NCBI GenBank assembly: GCA_030390025.1
Contig: CM059432.1
Location: 43,712,001 to 43,776,000, forward strand
Source: Squalus acanthias
Lineage: Eukaryota
Reading direction: 5' to 3'
Length of the DNA stretch: 64,000 nucleotides
Shown: in pieces, positions 58,524 through 64,000 of the stretch
Numbering within the stretch: position 1 is the first letter of the stretch
Layout: every line of letters starts with the position of its first letter
The notes under the pieces: generated by a model
Databases searched by the model: none
Told to the model about the DNA's origin: nothing
What the model saw: only the letters and a program-made list of their open reading frames with translations
Program-made: the position numbers and the translations under genes

Positions 58524-59689
58524 TTTTAAATAAATCTGTTGGACTATAACCTGGTGTTGTGCGACTTCTCATTTTTCTTCCCATGGGTGGAAGAGACGTC
58601 CCCAGGAGATCAACACAGCCTGGTTGTACATTGCAGAGGAGGGCACAAGCAAGGATGTGGTCAAGAGGACCTGGGTGCAGTGGTGCAAACGTTTCAATTA
58701 TCTCATTAGATCACAAAACGTTAGTACAAAGCCACACTCAACCTCATCCTGCTGTGCCTCTCATCACATCCCCATCACTCTGCCTTCCCTACCCTACTCC
58801 TGCACATCCTTACTCACACCAACTTACCTTGCACCTCCACCCACCCCTCTCTACCTACATTATCACATCCCCATCTCACTAGCCACCCCTCACACTCACC
58901 CAATCATACCAACTAACAACACACAAGGGTAGGCACTTGAATGTTTTATCCAATGTTCATGTGAAGTTTCTGGTAATGTGCTGTCAAACATTGAAATCTT
59001 TATTTTCCACACTTTCCGGTCTTGGACAGATTTGTGGGCACCTTAGTGAGTTGCAGTGAATGGTGAGACATAACGGTACCCCCCACAATGGTGATGAGTG
59101 TGAAAGGAATGGCTTGGTCATTGCAGGGATGCTTTATGGTGTTGGTGTGGGGTGGTGCCAACCTGGCGCATCATGTGGCAGCGTAAAGTTAAGTAAATCT
59201 GACCATGATGAGGCCATCCCTGGCCTCCCGGGCAGCAACGTGCTCAGGTGCTGATGCCCTCTGTCCTGTATAGCATCAGGTGATTGCGGAGAAGGTTGGT
59301 GTTGTTGTTGGTGCTGCTGGTGTGCCTGGTGCTGCTGGTGTTGGGGCTGATCATGGTGGGATTCTGAGGACCAAGGTGAGAGAGTATAAACGGCACCCAT
59401 GCTGATGGAATAGATGGCAGGTGAAGAACAGATGACAGAAGCGATCTGTCAATGGTGAGAGAGGTAATGAGGTGAGACTGGATGGAGACTGGATGGAGAC
59501 TTGTGGAAAGAATTACAGCATGCTGAATCTGTTGTGGCAATTCAGTGAGGAATAGCTTGTGGCTGAGGAAAGTGATCTCTGTCAGGTGGGAGCTTTTACT
59601 GTACAGTTGAAGCTGTCAAGTAATCGGCTCTTTGACACAGCCAGTTCCAGCAGCACTTACCCTCCATGTGATCAAACCATCCTAATCAC

Positions 59690-60330
59690 ATTTCAATTTG
59701 TATGGCTCTTCATTCTAGTCCCCTCAGCTACTGAAGCAGTCTGTTCCTATTTACACTGTCCCATCATCTAATAATTTTAAACACTTCTATTATATGACCC
59801 TGTAATCTGTGTTGTTCTAATGAGAAAAGCCCCCAATTTTCAAGTCTTTCTTTGTATATGTATTTCCTCATAACAGGCAGCATCCTACGGAATCAGTGTT
59901 GTCCGCCTCGCTAAAGGCTTAATATCCCAATATTACGGAGCCTAATACTGCAACAAATATTCTATTGAGATCTTACTAAGGTTTTACATAGATTCCTCGT
60001 TACCTCTTGGCTTTTATAATCTATATAGCTTGTGATAAAACCTAAAATTACTTTAGCTTTTTTTACGGGCTCATCAAAATGAGGTGATTGTCTTTAATGT
60101 CCTGTGAACCTGCACCTCCAAATTCCTCTACTTTTACACAGCACCCAGCTTACTTCCATTCAGAATATATTTAATGCTGTTATAGTTGTACCAAAATGTA
60201 TCACCTCACACTTACTAAAATTGAATTCCATTTGCCACTTTTTAGCCAATTCCCCCATCTTATCATATTCCCTTGCAGCTTCCTCTGGCCGAGTAAAGAA
60301 TTAACTATACCTCTTATTTTGGTATCTGTT
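59690..60330 (-). mobile_element. very old CR1 fragment
   Basis: CCAAAATGTATCACCTCACACTT...TTGAATTCCATTTGCCAC corresponds to WQMEFNxxKCEVIHFG on the minus strand. Confidence 0.6.
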
Positions 60331-61080
60331 TGAGATAATTCCTTCCTTATCCTTTTAACAGATTCGTAAAGCTACAGATAGTAATATGTCTGAGAAATAA
60401 TATCATATATTCTTGCTTTAAAACATTCACCATAAACCTTCATGCAGAATAGTACGCATTAGCCTTACGTCTAAAACCATCTATGCAGGGAACTTCTGGG
60501 GGAAATCTTGAGAATGGCTTATCCAAGCCTATTCATGTTACCTGGTCTTGAAGGTAGGCAAAGTTTCTACTGAGTAAAACGTTGTATCTCTTTTTATACC
60601 ATTTTCTTTTATGGTCTAGTTCCTATTCAACATTATTGGATGTTCTATGACCCCTCTTTTTTGCACAGATTGCTGGACAAGGATGATGGGCCTCATGTCT
60701 TGTCACACCATATTATTGTTACTTCCTATCATTGTTTTTCCCAAACCATAGCTTTGTTGTACAAACCATTGATGTTATGCTCTGCAGTAAAAGGAACCTA
60801 TTGCCTTTTTTTATACTGCAGTGATCTCCTCCCTTACACCCCCCCTGACTGTGATCAAAAGCCTATGTTTTAAACCTTACAACCCTTTTAGCTCCATTTA
60901 TCCAACTAGTTTATTTATTTAATAATCTATATGTGCCTATGCTTACAGTACAATGTCTTTGGCCCTGAAATTCATCCTCTCCAATGTTATCATTGAGGGG
61001 GAAAATACAGGATTTGTAAGCAAACAGTTTAAACCAATTCTGCTATATCAGTGTTCTTTCTCCGGTCTGTATTAGAATAA

Positions 61081-63692
61081 TGTCACCGAGAGCAGCGGCG
61101 AGAGTGGACCTGGTCGGGGACGGAGCGGAGCCGGGGGAATAAAGAGCGCAGGAGAGAGGAAAACAAAATCGAGGAATGACATCACAGGACAGCAGGTAGG
61201 TGATTGGTTGGTGAGTACTACAGTTTTTTTTGGTCTCTAAGCTAGCTAAGAAACTGTAAATTGCTACAACTTTACTTTATTAAATTAGTAACTAAAACTA
61301 GATAAACCAATTAAGTAATAAAACTAAAATAATTGATAAAAAAATAATTAATTAACTAATCAAATAAATAAAGAAGGTTATATAGACATGGCAGGGCAGG
61401 TGGTGTGCCGTAACTGCAGCATGTGGGAGTTTGTGGAGACCAGTGAGATCCTGAGCAACCACATCTGCGGTAAGTGTCTGCAGCTCGAGGAACTTCAGCT
61501 CAGAGTTGTTGAGCTGGAGTACAAGGTGCAGACATTGCGGGGCATCAGGGAGGGGGAGAGTTACCTGACACTTTGTTCCAGGAGGCAGTCACACCCCTTA
61601 GATGAAGTAGTACTTTAGAGTTTGTCAATGGTCAGGGACAGGAGGGTGTGACTGCGAGTCAGGAAGGTACGAGGACCCAGGATGTAGTGATGGAGGAGCC
61701 TCGGCCCTTGACCTTGTCCACCAGGTATGAGGTTCTTGCTACCTGTGAGGATGAGAAAAAGGACTGCAGGGTGGATGAGCAAACTGACCATGGCACCGTG
61801 GTACAGGAGGCCATTCAAGTGGGGGGACAGTATAGTCAGAGGGATAGCTACTGTTCTCTGCAGCCACGACCGGGAGTTCCAAAGGCTGTGTTGCCTGTCC
61901 GGTGCCAGGGTAAAGGATGTCTCCTCATGGCTGGAGAAGAATTTGGAGTGGGAAGGGTAAGATCTAGTTGTCGTGGTACATGTAGGAATCAATGACATAG
62001 GTAGAACTAGTTCTGCTGAGAGAGTTTGAGGAGCTAGGGTAGAAATTAAAACGCAGAACCTCACAGGTAATAATTTCTGGATTGTTACCTGAGCCACGTG
62101 CAAATTGGCAGAGGGACAAACAGATTAGAAGGTTAAATGCATGGCTCAAAGAGTGGTGTGGGAGGCAGGGGTTTCAATTCTTGGGGCACTGGCACCAGTA
62201 CTGGGGAAAGAGGGAGCTGTTCCGTGGGGATGGGCTCCACTTAAACCGGGCTGAGACCAGTGTCCTGGCGAATCGAATAACTAGGGCGGTAGATAGGGCT
62301 TTAAATTAATGAAAGGTGGGGGGGGTGGTGAGCGGGAGGATTCAGGAAAGAGTAAATTCAAAAGCAGTAAGAGAAATGTCAAGGCTGTAGAGCAGAGTAG
62401 TGATCTAGGTAAAGATAAGCAGAGTGGGTCAGGAAGGGACAGAAAGATTAATAAAGGTAATAGGGCATTAGTGACTAAAGTGACATCAGGAAAAAATAGA
62501 AAAAGGTTAAAGCTAAAAGTACTATATCTGAATGCACGAAACATTCACAACAAAATAGATGAATTAATAGCCCAGATAGAAATAAATAGGTTTGATTTAA
62601 TAGCCATTACAGAGGTGTGGTTGCAGAGTGACCAAGGTTGGGAACTAACTATTCCAGGATATTTGACTTTTAGATGAGACAGGCAGAATGGAAAAGGAGG
62701 AGAGTTAGCCCTGATAATAAAGGAGGAAATAAAAACAGTAGAGAGAAAGGATCGTGGCTTGGAAAAACAAAACAGAATCAGTTTGGGTGGAGCTAAGAAA
62801 CAACAAGGGGCAGAAAACACTAGTGAGAGTAGTCTATAGGCCCCCTAACAGTGGTTGTAGTGTCGGGCAGAGTATAAATTGGGAAATTAGAGATTCACGT
62901 AACAAGGGTAATACAGTAATCATGGGGGACTTTAACTTTCATATAGACTGGGCAAACCAAATTTGCAGAAATAGTGCAGAGAAAGAGTTCATGGAATGCA
63001 TTCAAGATAGTTTTCTAGATCAGTATGTCAAGGAACCTATGAGGGAATTGGTTATTTTAGATCTAGTACTGTGCAATGAGACAGTGTTAATTAATAACCT
63101 TGTAGTAAAGGAGCCTCTGCGGAGCAGTGATCATAATATGATAGAATTTTATGTTGAGTTTGAGAGTGATTTAGTTAAGTCTGAAACTAGGGTCCTAAAC
63201 CTGAGCAAAGCAAACTACGTAGGTATGAGAGGTGAGTTGGCTAAGGTCGGTTGGGAAGCTAAATTAAAACATATGACAGTAGTAAAGCAATGGCAAACAT
63301 TTAAAGAAATAATTCATAATTGGCAATGAATATACATTCCCTTAAGGAATAAAAACACCACAGGAAAAATGGTCCAACCATGGCTAACAAGAGAAATTAA
63401 AGATAGCATTAGATTAAAGGAAGAGGCTTATAATGTTGCCAAAAAGAGTAGTAAGCCTGAGGATTGGGAGTATTTTAGAATTCAGCAAAGGAGGACCAAG
63501 AAATTGATAAAGAAAGGGAAAATAGAATATGAGAGTAAACTAGCGAGAGACATCAAAACAGACTGAAAAAGCTTCTATAGGTATGTAAAAAGGAAAAGAT
63601 TAGCGAAAGAAAACATGAGTCCCTTACAGGCTGAGACAGGAGAAATTATAATGGGGAATAAGGAAATGGCATAGAAATTAAACAAATACTTT
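61081..63692 (+). mobile_element. CR1 LINE 5' half: 5' UTR, ORF1 (zinc finger/coiled coil + SGNH esterase) and ORF2 APE endonuclease, decayed
   Basis: CRNCSMWE...CGKCLQL; GDSIVRG; DGLHLN; LYLNARNIHNK...IAITEVW; YRPPN; MGDFN; SDHN. Confidence 0.88.
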
Positions 63693-64000
63693 GGCCGCGA
63701 TTTTACCAGTGCTCAGAGGGCAGGTTTGGAGGTGGGTCATAGGTTAAATTCATTTTGATTGATGGCGGGTTCCGATCCCGCCGTCAACCCACCTCCAAAC
63801 AGCTTTCCCAAGTGTTGGGTCCCCGATTTGCGAATGGACCTGACACCTAGCAGCGGGAAGTGGATTAAAGGCAATTACCTGCCTATTAACAGGTACTTGC
63901 CAGTAGTTGTCAGCCTATTTTTGGATTTTCCGCTTCTGGCTCGGGTTTCCCAACTTCCGGACACCACACCAGGTAAGTGTGGTGTGTTGTGAGTCTGCTG
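63693..64000. mobile_element. start of a Harbinger-type element/MITE (runs off the window)
   Basis: TIR-like GGCCGCGATTTTACC abruptly interrupts the CR1 ORF2. Confidence 0.55.

Larger units (their letters stand above)
55621..58576 (+). mobile_element. Penelope-like element (Neptune-type) with inverted 5' pLTR
   Basis: 55621-56100 is the reverse complement of the 3' end plus tail; 12-bp TSD CTTCCCATGGGT (55609-55620, 58577-58588). Confidence 0.95.
55232..59640. mobile_element. decayed Harbinger transposon hosting a Penelope element
   Basis: TIR-like GGCCGGGATTTTGC; AAPRFSHDSL...REVLFPSHG|...AWLYIAEE...RTWVQWCKRFNYL Myb/SANT exon split at 55620/58577; right boundary approximate. Confidence 0.65.

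Noticed and set aside
1..64000. CRISPR arrays, rRNA/tRNA genes, prokaryotic operons
   Set aside because: None seen; the sequence is eukaryotic and repeat-dominated, and most short ORFs are antisense or off-frame shadows of transposon sequence.

Overview
Repeat-rich vertebrate genomic DNA, very probably a cartilaginous fish (shark). The evidence is HE1/HER1-type and Deu-domain SINE/LINE sequences plus shark-type CR1, L2, Penelope and Harbinger elements. No host protein-coding gene could be recognised. Most of the window is nested transposons: CR1 LINEs, L2 and HER1-like LINE fragments, about five decayed two-gene PIF/Harbinger transposons with their MITEs, and Neptune-type Penelope-like elements carrying minimal hammerhead ribozymes. 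The standout is a young 7.4-kb LTR element at 45556-52942, inserted into a Harbinger transposase. It has 904-bp LTRs (~99% identical), a 4-bp TSD, a tRNA-Arg-like PBS and a PPT, but no pol gene. It keeps three open frames: (1) an intact Gag; (2) an in-frame ORF after a single UGA-CUG stop, which is a diverged partial duplicate of Gag sitting where pol should be; (3) an intact Env that looks like a class I F-type fusion glycoprotein (lokiretrovirus/Mononegavirales/errantivirus-like) with an apparent N-terminal immunoglobulin domain. All family assignments are by eye. Boundaries of old repeats are approximate.
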